Below, in pieces: positions 1-9,360 of a stretch of DNA of 64,000 nt. The position numbers and the translations under genes were made by a program. Origin of the DNA: a virus. The number at the start of each line of letters is the position of its first letter. The first letter of the stretch is position 1. Under the pieces are notes generated by a model. That model saw only the letters and a list, made by a program, of their open reading frames with translations, made no database searches and was not told where the DNA came from. The stretch lies in IMG/VR virus record IMGVR_UViG_3300035117_000094, positions 39,589-103,588 of that record; one strand, written 5' to 3'.

Positions 1-1
1 G

Positions 2-577
2 GCGCGCGGCATCTTCGGCAAGGAGTACGAGTTCGAGCCGGTGCACACGCTGCTGATCCTGGTCAACCCCGAGGAGGAGCCGCCGTACACCGACGACGCC
101 GTGGCCTCCCGGATCTGCCGCGTCCACTTTAACGGCGACAAGGAGGCGGTCAAGGAGGTCGCGCGCTTCTACGAGCCGGGCAGCCCGATGTGGGAGGCCG
201 AGACTCCCGGCGTGCTGGCGTTCTTCATCCGGCGCGCCGCGCAGATCCTTCACGAGAAGTCGGACCGGGGCACCAGCTTCGCCAAGCCCGAGTCGGTGCG
301 GGCCGAGCAGGACGGCGTCGCCGGCGAGCAGGACATCGTGCTGGACTGGCTGACCAAGTGCACGGAGCCTGCTGCCGCCGAGGCCGCGTACACCGACGCG
401 GGCACCCTCTACGATCACTTCCTCGCCTGGTCGGCCCGGCGCCGGGAGTCAATCCCGGGCAAGATATCGTTCGGCCTGAAGCTGACGAGGCACGGCGTCC
501 CGGTCATCAGGCCGGGCGGGCGCAACCTGCGCGGCATTACCGTCAGGCAGGCGTGGGCGGGCATAGTCACGCAGTAG
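2..577 (+). CDS. D5/P4-family primase-helicase, C-terminal part (5'-truncated)
   Basis: Frame open from window start: ARGIFGKEYEFEPVHTL..., DDAVASRICRVHF, C-terminal winged-helix-like LYDHFLAW...FGLKL, typical of SF3 D5 helicases. Confidence 0.75.
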   Translation, partial: ARGIFGKEYEFEPVHTLLILVNPEEEPPYTDDAVASRICRVHFNGDKEAVKEVARFYEPGSPMWEAETPGVLAFFIRRAAQILHEKSDRGTSFAKPESVRAEQDGVAGEQDIVLDWLTKCTEPAAAEAAYTDAGTLYDHFLAWSARRRESIPGKISFGLKLTRHGVPVIRPGGRNLRGITVRQAWAGIVTQ

Positions 578-580
578 CCG

Positions 581-606
581 GGAATACTGGCGGCCACCCG
601 GGCGCT
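581..606 (+). promoter_or_regulatory. sigmaR/SigH-type promoter GGAAT-N18-GCT
   Basis: Intergenic, exact 18-nt spacer, recurring motif. Confidence 0.65.
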
Positions 607-668
607 GTACGAGGCGCACGGCACGACGAGGTAACGGTAACTGCACGATGAGACACTCAGGAGGAGCC

Positions 669-1379
669 ATGCCTAAAGACCGCACTGCCCCCGTGACCCA
701 GCCGGACGGCGACGAGGAGCACCCCGCGTTCGGCGTCATCGGGGTCCACCGGGTCCATTCCACGCCGGGCGAGGTGCTGTTCCAGTCTGACCTGCGCCAC
801 CAGGAGTACATCGTGCTGCGGGTCAGCGAGGCCAGCCGCAAGCGGGACCTGAAGCGCGACTGGGTGCACCCCGGGCGCCGGGTCTGCGAGGTCAGCATGT
901 CGCTGGCGCAGTTCGCCGCGTTCGTGTCCAGCGGCGGCACCGAGGGCGTCCCGTGCACCATCGAGTTCGCGGGGAGCGGCTCGCGCGAGCCGGGCCAGCG
1001 GCCGGGCCTGCTCCCCGCCTCCCGGCTATCGGTCACTAACGCCGAGGTGCGCGATGCGGCGCACAAGGCGTACGAGGGCATCCAGGAGGCGCTGGCGGAG
1101 TACGAGCAGGCGCTCGCGGACCCCCAGTGCCGGGCCGCCGCCCGCCGCTCGGCGCTGGCCACGCTCCGGAACCGGGTGGGCAACGCGGCGGGCAACGTGG
1201 AGTTCGCGGCCCAGGCCCTGGACGAGCATGCCGAGAACGTGGTGGCAACGTCCCGCGCCGACATCGAGGCCATGGCCGCGCAGGCGGCGCAGCGCCTCGG
1301 CCTCCCGTCAGCTGCCCCGCTGGCCATCAGCGGCGCCCCCCGGGCCATCGCGAGCGGGGACGAGTCCGGTGGACGGTAA
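669..1379 (+). CDS. hypothetical phage protein
   Basis: GGAGG SD before ATG 669, GC3-biased codons. Confidence 0.75.
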   Translation: MPKDRTAPVTQPDGDEEHPAFGVIGVHRVHSTPGEVLFQSDLRHQEYIVLRVSEASRKRDLKRDWVHPGRRVCEVSMSLAQFAAFVSSGGTEGVPCTIEFAGSGSREPGQRPGLLPASRLSVTNAEVRDAAHKAYEGIQEALAEYEQALADPQCRAAARRSALATLRNRVGNAAGNVEFAAQALDEHAENVVATSRADIEAMAAQAAQRLGLPSAAPLAISGAPRAIASGDESGGR

Positions 1380-1593
1380 GTGCGCGTGCCGGGAGTACCT
1401 GTACGTGATCAGCGGCGAGGCAGGGCAGCGTATCCTGTTCAGGGACCTGGGCAGCGCAGCCGCTGACGGCGTGCTCATCCGCCCGAAGAAGGACGGCGGC
1501 TACCTCGCGGTGCTGACCTCGGCCCAGGTGATCGCGCTGCTGAAACGGCAGGACGAGTCAGCGGCGCATCACCGGGAGCGGCTGTCCATCTAG
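1369..1593 (+). CDS. hypothetical protein
   Basis: GTG start overlapping previous stop, fills gap. Confidence 0.5.
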   Translation: MDGKCACREYLYVISGEAGQRILFRDLGSAAADGVLIRPKKDGGYLAVLTSAQVIALLKRQDESAAHHRERLSI

Positions 1594-1596
1594 CCG

Positions 1597-1622
1597 GGAA
1601 TACCAGCGACCGTTAGCGCGTT
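1597..1622 (+). promoter_or_regulatory. sigmaR/SigH-type promoter GGAAT-N18-GTT
   Basis: Perfect consensus, intergenic upstream of 1655. Confidence 0.75.
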
Positions 1623-1654
1623 ACCGGCCGCGTACCGACGAGACAGGAGACCTC

Positions 1655-2407
1655 ATGACCTCACAGCACCCTCCGGCCCGCGCCGTGCAGCGCGTCATCG
1701 ACCGCGACCTCCTCAGCGAGTGGGGCGTCCCTTTCGCCCTGCCCGCAGCGTCCCTGCCCGGCCCCGGTGTCCCTGACCCGGAACCTGGCAAGGCCGTGGC
1801 CCTGCACCGCTGGACCGCGAGCGTCCCGCCGGACCCTGCGGCGCCGTCACTGCACGGGCTGGTGTTCCGGGCGCCGGACGACGGGCACGCGTGGCGCGTC
1901 AGCTACGTGAAGTCGCGTCCCCTGCGCCCGGCCGTGGACCCGTGGCAGGACGCCGTCTTCGTGACCGCCACCATGGTCGAGCCGGTCTTCGGCGTGGTGG
2001 AGTGGAAGGCCGTGCCCGTGCCGCCGCTGCCCGGCGAGGGCAGCCCGGACCCCGCCCCTTCGCAGGCCAAGCCTGAGCCTGTCCCGCCGGCGGCCCGCTG
2101 GACGGACTGGCGCGGGCAGGAGTACGGCGTAGGCGATACGATCCTGTATCCCTGCGGGCAGGGCAGCTCCAGCGCGTATACCCGCGAGGGCGTCATCCTC
2201 GGCATGTTCCACGTCGCGAGGGACGAGCACTACAGGTGGAAGCCGGTCACCGAGGAGGAGGCGGCCGGACTGGACCGGTGGAGCAAGCAGGCCCGGCTCA
2301 TCGTGCAGGTGACCGGGGACCAGACGGGACTGCGCGACGAGCAGCGCGGCAAGGCCGTCACCCTGCTGAAGCGCGAGCACGTGGTGCTGATCGCGAGGGC
2401 GTCATGA
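1655..2407 (+). CDS. hypothetical protein (two domains, Pro-rich linker)
   Basis: AGGAG SD, long ORF. Confidence 0.75.
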   Translation: MTSQHPPARAVQRVIDRDLLSEWGVPFALPAASLPGPGVPDPEPGKAVALHRWTASVPPDPAAPSLHGLVFRAPDDGHAWRVSYVKSRPLRPAVDPWQDAVFVTATMVEPVFGVVEWKAVPVPPLPGEGSPDPAPSQAKPEPVPPAARWTDWRGQEYGVGDTILYPCGQGSSSAYTREGVILGMFHVARDEHYRWKPVTEEEAAGLDRWSKQARLIVQVTGDQTGLRDEQRGKAVTLLKREHVVLIARAS

Positions 2408-2604
2408 GCACAGGGTGCAGTCACCCGGGCCGGCTGTGCCCGGCCAACGACCCCAACCACTGCCACTGCCCGTGCGAGGGCTGCACGGTAGCCGTGGTAG
2501 GGGCGCAGGTTAAGCGCTCGAAGAAGGCCGCCAGGGGGCGCAAGGGGCAGGCCCCCGTGTTCGCCGAGGACGAGGTCATCAAGGTCCGCTGGTGGCAGCG
2601 ATGA
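2404..2604 (+). CDS. small Cys/His-rich protein
   Basis: ATGA overlap; CSHPGRLC...HCHCPCEGC. Confidence 0.5.
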   Translation: MSTGCSHPGRLCPANDPNHCHCPCEGCTVAVVGAQVKRSKKAARGRKGQAPVFAEDEVIKVRWWQR

Positions 2605-3107
2605 CGGGACAGCAGCCTGAGAAGGGCAAGGACCCGGCCCTGAGCCTGGCCGCAGTGGCGGCGCGGGCGTTCGCGTACGCCCTGAACGACCTGCCGGGCG
2701 AGGTGTACGCGGAGATCCGCCGGCTGCGGCGCGAGGACCTGGCCCGGGTGGCGAAGGCCGCGTCGCTGCTGAGGCAGGCGGCGCAGGCCGAGCTGGACGC
2801 CCGGCCCGAGGTGACTCCGCTCCTGGTCCAGGTGGCGGACGGCTCCCCGGACGGGAACGTCTACGTCATCGCGCCTACCCTGCGCAGGTTCGGTGACTGG
2901 TGCCGCCGTCACGGGATCCGGCCGCAGTCCCCCCGGGTGACCTTCGTCCGGGGGCTTGACGGCCTCACGGCGCTGGAGGGCACCGGGGGCGCGTGGTACG
3001 CGTTCCTCGGCATCCCGGCCGGGCTGGGCTATGACGAGCACCAGGCGTTCTCACGGCGGCTGAGGGCGCTCCAGGAGAACCCCTGGTTCCGCAACGCGGA
3101 AGGATAG
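2601..3107 (+). CDS. hypothetical protein
   Basis: ATGA overlap, coding-like bias. Confidence 0.65.
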   Translation: MTGQQPEKGKDPALSLAAVAARAFAYALNDLPGEVYAEIRRLRREDLARVAKAASLLRQAAQAELDARPEVTPLLVQVADGSPDGNVYVIAPTLRRFGDWCRRHGIRPQSPRVTFVRGLDGLTALEGTGGAWYAFLGIPAGLGYDEHQAFSRRLRALQENPWFRNAEG

Positions 3108-3116
3108 GAGGCAGGC

Positions 3117-3974
3117 GTGGCTACGGGCAGGCACGGCATACCGGAGTTCAGGGACCTGGCGGAGGCGAACACGATCCTGCGGGTGCAGGTAGGCTCGGGC
3201 GTCCACGGCATAGCGATCGAGGGCACCGATGACCGCGACGAGATGGGCGTGTGCGTCGAGCCGCAGGACTACGTCTTCGGGCTGCTGCCCCTGGGCGTCC
3301 CCGAGCGGTTCGAGCAGTACGAGCACCACACCGCGTGGGAGCGGGAGGGCGGCCTGAAGAACCGGTCCGGCCCCGGCGACCTGGACGTCACCGTCTACTC
3401 GCTGCGCAAGTTCCTCCGGCTGGCGCTCAACGGCAACCCGGCGATCATCGGCACGTTCTTCACCCCGCCCCGGGAAATCATCTCATGCAACGGCCTCGGG
3501 CTGCGGCTCCTGGAGCTGGCCCCGCTGATCGTCAGCAAGGAGGCCGGACCGAAGTACCTCGGCTACCTGAAGGCCCAGCGCCGGTCGATGGAGTCCGGCA
3601 ACGGCAAGGGCCGCGACGTGACCCGCAAGGAGCTGGTCGGGCGGTACGGCTTCGACACCAAGTTCGCCGGGCACATGATCAGGCTGGGCCTCCAGGGCGC
3701 TGAGCTGCTGGAGACGGGCCGGATCACGCTGCCGATGAGGGCGCACGAGCGGGGCATCGTCCGGTCCGTGCGCACGGGGGCCTTCACGATGCAGGCTTGC
3801 CTGGACTTCGCCGGGGACCTGGAGGCGCGCGTCCGGCGCGCGATGGAGGCCAGCGCCCTGCCTGAGCACCCTGACCGGGAGGCCGTGAACAGGTGGCTCG
3901 TGCAGGCGTACCTGGAGCACTGGGGACTGGCCCCGGACAGCGACCCCGGGGCCATGATGAGGTCGTGGGAATAG
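3117..3974 (+). CDS. Pol-beta superfamily nucleotidyltransferase (PF10127, YcgL/RlaP-like)
   Basis: GSGVHG...DDRDEMGV (GS...DxD), YSLRKFLRLALNGNP, YGFDTKFAGHMIRL. Confidence 0.85.
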   Translation: MATGRHGIPEFRDLAEANTILRVQVGSGVHGIAIEGTDDRDEMGVCVEPQDYVFGLLPLGVPERFEQYEHHTAWEREGGLKNRSGPGDLDVTVYSLRKFLRLALNGNPAIIGTFFTPPREIISCNGLGLRLLELAPLIVSKEAGPKYLGYLKAQRRSMESGNGKGRDVTRKELVGRYGFDTKFAGHMIRLGLQGAELLETGRITLPMRAHERGIVRSVRTGAFTMQACLDFAGDLEARVRRAMEASALPEHPDREAVNRWLVQAYLEHWGLAPDSDPGAMMRSWE

Positions 3975-4013
3975 CGTCCGGGGTACTTGCGGGAGGGGGG
4001 TAGAGTGGGCGTC

Positions 4014-4472
4014 ATGACAGAGACCCCGCTCACTCCCCTCCCGCTTACCGCCGAGCAGATCGACGTTATCCAGTCGCTGTTCCCGCAGGCGTTCCTCATC
4101 GCGCCGATGCCCGCCGTCAAGGCCCCGGCGCGCGTGGTGGTCAAGCCCGCGCCGGACTCCCGGCTGGAGGGGCTGCTCACCCTGTTCAAGTCGCGCCAGG
4201 AGGCGTCGGCGGCGGCCGAGACGGCGTTCAAGGACCTGAAGAGGGCCATCCTCGCCGAGCTGGAGGCGCTGTACCCGGAGGCCGCCCGGCCCACCGAGGC
4301 GTACGAGGTTCCCGCCACCGCGCTGTACCCGCAGCTCACCTTTCAGTACAAGGAGGTCCCGTACCTCCCGGCGCCGAGGATCCGCGAGTTCCTGCCCGCC
4401 GTCTACGACGCGTTCCACGGCGTGAAGCGGTACTGGGAGCTGCGCGAGACGGGCAAGGGCGGCAAGCGGTGA
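4014..4472 (+). CDS. hypothetical protein, probably leaderless
   Basis: TAGAGT -10 box 7 nt before ATG. Confidence 0.65.
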   Translation: MTETPLTPLPLTAEQIDVIQSLFPQAFLIAPMPAVKAPARVVVKPAPDSRLEGLLTLFKSRQEASAAAETAFKDLKRAILAELEALYPEAARPTEAYEVPATALYPQLTFQYKEVPYLPAPRIREFLPAVYDAFHGVKRYWELRETGKGGKR

Positions 4473-4921
4473 GCACGGGCTACGCGGATTACGCCAGCGC
4501 GCTCCCGTGGCGCGAGGCGGTGACGCGCGCCCTGGAATCCCGCAGGGCAGGCGTGCTCATGGAGGTCAGCGGGGACTTCCTTCGCGATAGCATCGCCGTG
4601 GAGACGTCGCTGGACCACTTCGCCGACACGCTGCTCGTCAGGCTGTCGGCGCTCGTCCTGGCCGACCAGGTCGTGAGCGAGCGCGACGAGGTGACCGTGG
4701 AAGTCCCGGCTGACTGGTGGCAGCACCTGAAGCGCGACCACGCGGCTCGCTGGTGGATGCGCTGGCTGGTGGCGAGGCACCCGGTGCGGACAGTGACGCT
4801 GCGGAACCTGGTGTCGTTCGACCAGTACCGGATGTACCCCGGGGCCGACGTCGTCCTCCCGAAGCTGCCGTACGGCACGCACCGGGTCCGTGAAGTGCTC
4901 GCGCAGGGAGGCTGGACGTGA
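4469..4921 (+). CDS. hypothetical protein
   Basis: GTGA overlap chain. Confidence 0.65.
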   Translation: MSTGYADYASALPWREAVTRALESRRAGVLMEVSGDFLRDSIAVETSLDHFADTLLVRLSALVLADQVVSERDEVTVEVPADWWQHLKRDHAARWWMRWLVARHPVRTVTLRNLVSFDQYRMYPGADVVLPKLPYGTHRVREVLAQGGWT

Positions 4922-5238
4922 GTATCTTCCGCAGGCACCCGCGACCGCCGGCTAAGTTCCAGGAGGACGGCCGGGCCGAGCTGGAGCGCCTCGTGCTCGA
5001 ATGCCTGAAGGTGAGCCTCGTGCAGCAGGTAACCTGGGCGCGCAGGGCCACCGCGCGGAATTCCCGGGATAACTGCTACGAGTGGTTCATGCACCCGGAG
5101 TGGGACCTGTGGTGCCGCAGGCTGGCCGACGACATGCGCATCCCCGGGGACGTCCCCGCCATGTCGCCCGCCGCGTACGCGCTGTTCGGCTACCCGGTGC
5201 ACGCGGGTCCTTCCTACAGCGCACCGGAGCTGAGGTAG
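4918..5238 (+). CDS. hypothetical protein
   Basis: GTGA overlap, GGAGG SD. Confidence 0.6.
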   Translation: MSIFRRHPRPPAKFQEDGRAELERLVLECLKVSLVQQVTWARRATARNSRDNCYEWFMHPEWDLWCRRLADDMRIPGDVPAMSPAAYALFGYPVHAGPSYSAPELR

Positions 5239-5240
5239 CC

Positions 5241-5495
5241 GTGACGACCCGGAGGAGCGACTGCATCTTTCGCGTCACGCGTTCGAACGGCCGGGTAACT
5301 CTCGGCTACAAGCGTAACCTCACCGCGCAACTCGGCGGCCAGAAGCGCCGTCACTACACGGGCGACATCGTCAAGATCGAGGCCACGAACGCCGACGCTA
5401 CGATCGGGTGGACGGACGTTACCTCCGAGTTCCCGGGAATTTCCCGGCAGCGCAGTCAGTTCCAGGTCATGGAAGACCCGCTAGGAGAGGAGTAG
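5241..5495 (+). CDS. hypothetical protein
   Basis: GAGG SD, GTG start. Confidence 0.55.
   Translation: MTTRRSDCIFRVTRSNGRVTLGYKRNLTAQLGGQKRRHYTGDIVKIEATNADATIGWTDVTSEFPGISRQRSQFQVMEDPLGEE
5436..5461 (+). promoter_or_regulatory. sigmaR/SigH-type promoter GGAAT-N18-GTT
   Basis: Perfect consensus at end of upstream CDS. Confidence 0.6.
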
Positions 5496-5498
5496 CCC

Positions 5499-5609
5499 GT
5501 GAACATACCCGGCATGATCATGCAGCTCATGGCCACGCAGTTCGGCGCGGGGTTCATCACGGGCGTGTTCCTGGTGCTGCTCCTCATCTTCGTCCGGAAG
5601 GTGCTGTAG
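5499..5609 (+). CDS. 36-aa single-TM membrane peptide
   Basis: GAGGAG SD; FGAGFITGVFLVLLLIFVRK. Confidence 0.55.
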   Translation: MNIPGMIMQLMATQFGAGFITGVFLVLLLIFVRKVL

Positions 5610-5613
5610 CGCC

Positions 5614-5829
5614 GTGGGACAGAGGATCGCCAAGGGGCCGCCCCCTGCCAGCGTGCCGCCGCTGACGGCCATGCCCCCGGCCGGAACCCGCTTCCGGCGC
5701 GGCGGCTACAGCTCCGGGGACCGTACCGTGTCACAGCTTCCCCCGCCGCCCCCGTCAGTGTGCGAGGAGCCGGACGACCGTGACTTCCTGGTCGCGCCTG
5801 ACCTGCCGCCTGACCTGGACGTGCCGTGA
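5614..5829 (+). CDS. Pro-rich hypothetical protein
   Basis: Fills operon, GTGA overlap with next gene. Confidence 0.45.
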   Translation: MGQRIAKGPPPASVPPLTAMPPAGTRFRRGGYSSGDRTVSQLPPPPPSVCEEPDDRDFLVAPDLPPDLDVP

Positions 5830-6050
5830 CCGCGCCGGCGCCTAGCGACGGGGACAAGTACCTGTGGTGGCAGCGGGGCGCCGAGGACAACGAGAGGATT
5901 CACGCCGAGAAGATGACCGCCGAGGCACGTGAGCTGTGCATGCTCCTGGAAGACCTCGCGAAGCTCCGCAGCCCTGCTACAGCCCTTGACCTGCTCACCT
6001 CAGCGGCCCGTATCTACTGCCCGCACGTACTGAAGAGGAAGTACCGCTGA
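5826..6050 (+). CDS. hypothetical protein
   Basis: Overlapping start/stop on both sides. Confidence 0.55.
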   Translation: MTAPAPSDGDKYLWWQRGAEDNERIHAEKMTAEARELCMLLEDLAKLRSPATALDLLTSAARIYCPHVLKRKYR

Positions 6051-6901
6051 TGCCCGGCCCCGTGTTCGGCAGCTTCCGGGACGTCATGATGAGCGTGCCT
6101 AAGTCGGTGCACGGCAACACCCCGTGGGCGGAGGCGTACGGCCGGGAGCAGCGGCGGCTCGTCTCCGACTACGCCGCCCGGGCGCCCCGTTCCCTCCAGA
6201 AGCACCTCGGCCCGTCCGAGCTTGGGGAAGAGTGCGATCGTCAGGTGGTGTTCAAGATGGCGGGCACCCTGGCGAAGACCAACAACGTCTCTGATCCGTG
6301 GGCGTCCGTCATGGGCACCGCCGGCCACGCCTGGGTCGAGGGGATGTACCACTGGGACAACGCCCGGCGCGTCAGCCTCGGCGGCGTGCCCCGGTGGATC
6401 CCCGAGCAGCGCGTCACCCCCGACCCGGGAGCCAGCCCGCACCCCGGCACCGCCGACCTGTACGACATCCCCTGGCAGTCCCTGGTGGACCACAAGTTCC
6501 TCGGCGACAGTTCGCGGGCCAAGCTGGTCTCCAGGGGGCCGAAGCGCGTCTACAAGGTCCAGCTCCTGCTTTACCGGCGCGGCTACCAGGTGATGGGCCT
6601 GCGGGTGGACAGGATCGTGCTGCTCGCGTGGCCGCGCACCAAGTCCAGCCTCGACGAGCTGTACGTGTGGGAGCACGTGCCCACGGCTGAGGACGAGGAG
6701 CTAGTTGACGACGTGCTGGAGCGGACGGGCGCCCGGCAGGCAGTCGCGGGGATGGTGAGGGCCGGGACGGTGAGCATCATGGACGTGCCCGCCACCCCGG
6801 ACGACGATTCCTGCCACTGGTGCCCGCTGTACCGCCCGCAGGCAGCTTACGACAGCTCCTACGGATGCCCGGGAACCCTGACGAGGAAGGCTGCCGCGTG
6901 A
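6050..6901 (+). CDS. Cas4/RecB-like PD-(D/E)XK exonuclease
   Basis: GPSELGEEC, GTAGH, GTADL...DHK, QLLLY, C-terminal CHWC...C (1+3 Cys). Confidence 0.85.
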   Translation: MPGPVFGSFRDVMMSVPKSVHGNTPWAEAYGREQRRLVSDYAARAPRSLQKHLGPSELGEECDRQVVFKMAGTLAKTNNVSDPWASVMGTAGHAWVEGMYHWDNARRVSLGGVPRWIPEQRVTPDPGASPHPGTADLYDIPWQSLVDHKFLGDSSRAKLVSRGPKRVYKVQLLLYRRGYQVMGLRVDRIVLLAWPRTKSSLDELYVWEHVPTAEDEELVDDVLERTGARQAVAGMVRAGTVSIMDVPATPDDDSCHWCPLYRPQAAYDSSYGCPGTLTRKAAA

Positions 6902-7254
6902 ACGGGAAGATTACGCACGTCGCTGACGACGGCACGGTGACCGACGTGACCAGCGCCGTGCAGGCGCTCTACGACCTCGCCGTAAGCTCGATGGACTACA
7001 CGTCGGGCTTCTGGTCCTACGAGGACGCGGCCCCCGTCGCGGAGCTGGCGAAGCGCTGCGAGTTCCGGGGCTACGAGGGCATCGAGAAGTACGCCCGCGA
7101 CGAGCTGCACAAGACGGAGGCCAGCGCATGGCAGCGCGACAACCTCAGCGGCGGCGGGAGCTTCGGTTACGAGTGGCGCGTACCGCACGAGCACGCGTTC
7201 TCCGTAGCCGGCCGGTGCATGTGGCCGGGCTGTTACCAGGAGAAGCCCGCGTGA
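6898..7254 (+). CDS. hypothetical protein
   Basis: GTGA overlap. Confidence 0.6.
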   Translation: MNGKITHVADDGTVTDVTSAVQALYDLAVSSMDYTSGFWSYEDAAPVAELAKRCEFRGYEGIEKYARDELHKTEASAWQRDNLSGGGSFGYEWRVPHEHAFSVAGRCMWPGCYQEKPA

Positions 7255-7493
7255 GCGGGTTCAGCGAGGCTGTCACGGACCTGAACCGCCGCATGCTGGC
7301 CACGTTCGGCATCCCGCCGTTCAGCCTCGGGCCGGAGCCGCTGCGATGCCCTGCTGACGGCTGGACCCGGGACAGGTGCCTCGCGGCCTGGGGACGTGAC
7401 CCGGCGCACGAGGAGGCTATACGAGAATCCCTCAGCCTGAGCCGGAATAACCCCGGGAGCGGGTACGCTGTACATGTCGCGGGATGGCCCTGA
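7251..7493 (+). CDS. hypothetical protein
   Basis: GTGA overlap, AGGAG SD. Confidence 0.45.
   Translation: MSGFSEAVTDLNRRMLATFGIPPFSLGPEPLRCPADGWTRDRCLAAWGRDPAHEEAIRESLSLSRNNPGSGYAVHVAGWP
7444..7469 (+). promoter_or_regulatory. sigmaR/SigH-type promoter GGAAT-N18-GCT
   Basis: Recurring motif upstream of SSB-like gene. Confidence 0.65.
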
Positions 7494-7638
7494 GGGACCG
7501 GAGCGCGAGCTGCACGACAAGTGAACCCGGCACAAAGGGCATCCAGGCATTAGAGGGGTAGTGACCCCGCGCCATCAGCCGAGACAGCCGAGACCAGTAG
7601 TTCCAGTCAGTCACGACAACGCCACGAGAGGCACCCAC

Positions 7639-8787
7639 GTGAATTACCCGCAACAGGGCTACCCCCAGCAGGGATATCCGCAGCAGGGCCAGCCCCAGGG
7701 CTACCCGCAGCAGGCACCTCCTCAGGGCTACCCGCCGCAGGCGCAGCCGCAGTTCCCCCCTCAGGGCCAGCCCCAGGGCTACCCGCAGCAGGCACCTCCC
7801 CAGGGTTACCCGCAGCAGGGCTACCCGCAGCAGGGATTCCCGCAGCAGGGCTACCCGCAGGGCTTCCAGGGCCAGCCGGCTCCCGTCGCTCCCCCGGCCG
7901 CGCAGGGCACCGTCGCCGACGCCTACACCCAGGGCGTCAAGGGCGGGCGCTACGGGCCGGCCGTGAAGTTCGAGCAGCAGGGCAACGAGGCTTACGTCAT
8001 CATCGCCCGTGACGTCCTCGACACCGACGTGGTCCAGGAGACGGACCCGAAGACCCGGATGCCGAAGTTCCAGCGGGACAACGTCACCCCGCGCTGGCAG
8101 ATGACCCTGCCGGTGAACCTGAACCCGTCCCCGGCGTTCCCGGAGGGCAAGGGCACGATCTACGCCAAGGGCGGCCTGCTCCAGGCGATCGTCCGGGCGC
8201 TGGTCGCCGCCGGCTATGACGTGCGGAAGGACGAGCGGCTGCACGCCGGGGACATGCTCCACGTCCGCCGCGTCGCCGACCGGCCGACCAACTTCGGCAA
8301 CGCCGCGCACGAGTTCGAGGCGACGGTCACCCGGGGCAGCGCCCCCGCCGTCGTTCCCGGCACCGAGGTCACCACAGGCCCCGGGTACCCGGTCGTCCAC
8401 GAGCCTGTGCCCGCACCGCCGCAGGGACCGCCGCCCGGCTACGCCCCGCAGCAGTTCCCGCAGGCCGTGGCCGACGCTCAGGCGCAGGCCGCCGCGACCG
8501 TGCAGGCGATGCAGGCGGCAGGCTACCAGGGGCCGGCGTACCAGCCCCCGCAGCAGGCTCAGGCAGCCGGCCTGAATTTCACTCAGCTCCAGGGGACTCC
8601 CGCGATTTACCAGCCCCCGGCACCGGCTCAGCAGGCGCCCGTCCAGCAGGCTCCTGCGGCGCCGGGTGCCCCGGTTCCCGCGACGCCGCTTCAGGCGGTC
8701 ATCGTCGCCCGGCTGACGGGGCAGCCCGTCACGGAGCAGATGCTGTCCCTGCTCACCCCCGAGGAGCGGTCCAAGGCAGGGTTCTAG
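7639..8787 (+). CDS. putative ssDNA-binding protein with Q/P/G/Y low-complexity termini
   Basis: Beta-rich central domain (AVKFEQ...PRWQMTLPV...LHAGDMLHV), located between exonuclease and helicase. Confidence 0.6.
   Translation: MNYPQQGYPQQGYPQQGQPQGYPQQAPPQGYPPQAQPQFPPQGQPQGYPQQAPPQGYPQQGYPQQGFPQQGYPQGFQGQPAPVAPPAAQGTVADAYTQGVKGGRYGPAVKFEQQGNEAYVIIARDVLDTDVVQETDPKTRMPKFQRDNVTPRWQMTLPVNLNPSPAFPEGKGTIYAKGGLLQAIVRALVAAGYDVRKDERLHAGDMLHVRRVADRPTNFGNAAHEFEATVTRGSAPAVVPGTEVTTGPGYPVVHEPVPAPPQGPPPGYAPQQFPQAVADAQAQAAATVQAMQAAGYQGPAYQPPQQAQAAGLNFTQLQGTPAIYQPPAPAQQAPVQQAPAAPGAPVPATPLQAVIVARLTGQPVTEQMLSLLTPEERSKAGF
7645..7880 (+). repeat. coding tandem repeat (YPQQG/PPQG)
   Basis: Repeated cagggctacccgcag-like units, in frame. 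Confidence 0.9.
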
Positions 8788-8818
8788 CAACCCGCAGGAG
8801 AATCCGGCGCCCCTGCCG

Positions 8819-8844
8819 GGAATTCCCGGACCATCGTCTGGGTT
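8819..8844 (+). promoter_or_regulatory. sigmaR/SigH-type promoter embedded in inverted repeat
   Basis: GGAAT-N18-GTT overlapping GCGCCCCTGCCGGGA...TCCCGGCAGGGGCGC hairpin. Confidence 0.65.
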
Positions 8845-8894
8845 ACTCCCGGCAGGGGCGCTTCCGCTCTCATCGCAGACGAAAGGACAGCCGC

Positions 8895-9107
8895 ATGCAC
8901 CTCAACTACGCACAGCTCGCCTGGCGAATCCTCTACGGCCTCGGTACCGTGCTCATGCTGGCCGCTGTAGTCGTATCCGGCTACCGGCGCGCTCAGAAGG
9001 TCGCCGACCGCGTCACGCCGCCCGCCACGGACGCCGTGATGAACGGGGTCATCGTGTTCAACCTGCTCATCTTCGCCCTCCTCGTCCAGGGGTACCTCCG
9101 TGCCTAA
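8895..9107 (+). CDS. small 2-TM membrane protein
   Basis: GAAAGGA SD, two hydrophobic segments. Confidence 0.7.
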   Translation: MHLNYAQLAWRILYGLGTVLMLAAVVVSGYRRAQKVADRVTPPATDAVMNGVIVFNLLIFALLVQGYLRA

Positions 9108-9360
9108 GGTGGTAGTCCTCCACAAGAGCGACGGGGCCGCGCGGGCAGCCGGCTCGCCAGAGGACGCCACTGAGGTCTTCGAGGGCGTAGCCAGGGTATG
9201 GCGCGAGGAAGGCTGGCTCGTCATCGTCAAGGAGGGCGGCGGCGGTGAGTTCGGCATCAACCGCGATGAGGTCGCCTCGTACTGGCTGGCTGCCGATGAC
9301 GTGTTCGACGCGGCGGCAGCGGCGGAGCTGGCCAAGGAGCAGGCGAGGGAGGGCGCGTGA
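9100..9360 (+). CDS. hypothetical protein
   Basis: Overlap chain. Confidence 0.6.
   Translation: MPKVVVLHKSDGAARAAGSPEDATEVFEGVARVWREEGWLVIVKEGGGGEFGINRDEVASYWLAADDVFDAAAAAELAKEQAREGA

Noticed and set aside
7645-7880. Short repeats near a Cas4-like gene suggesting a CRISPR array
   Set aside because: Repeats are in-frame coding units with no unique spacers; solo Cas4-like nucleases are common in phages
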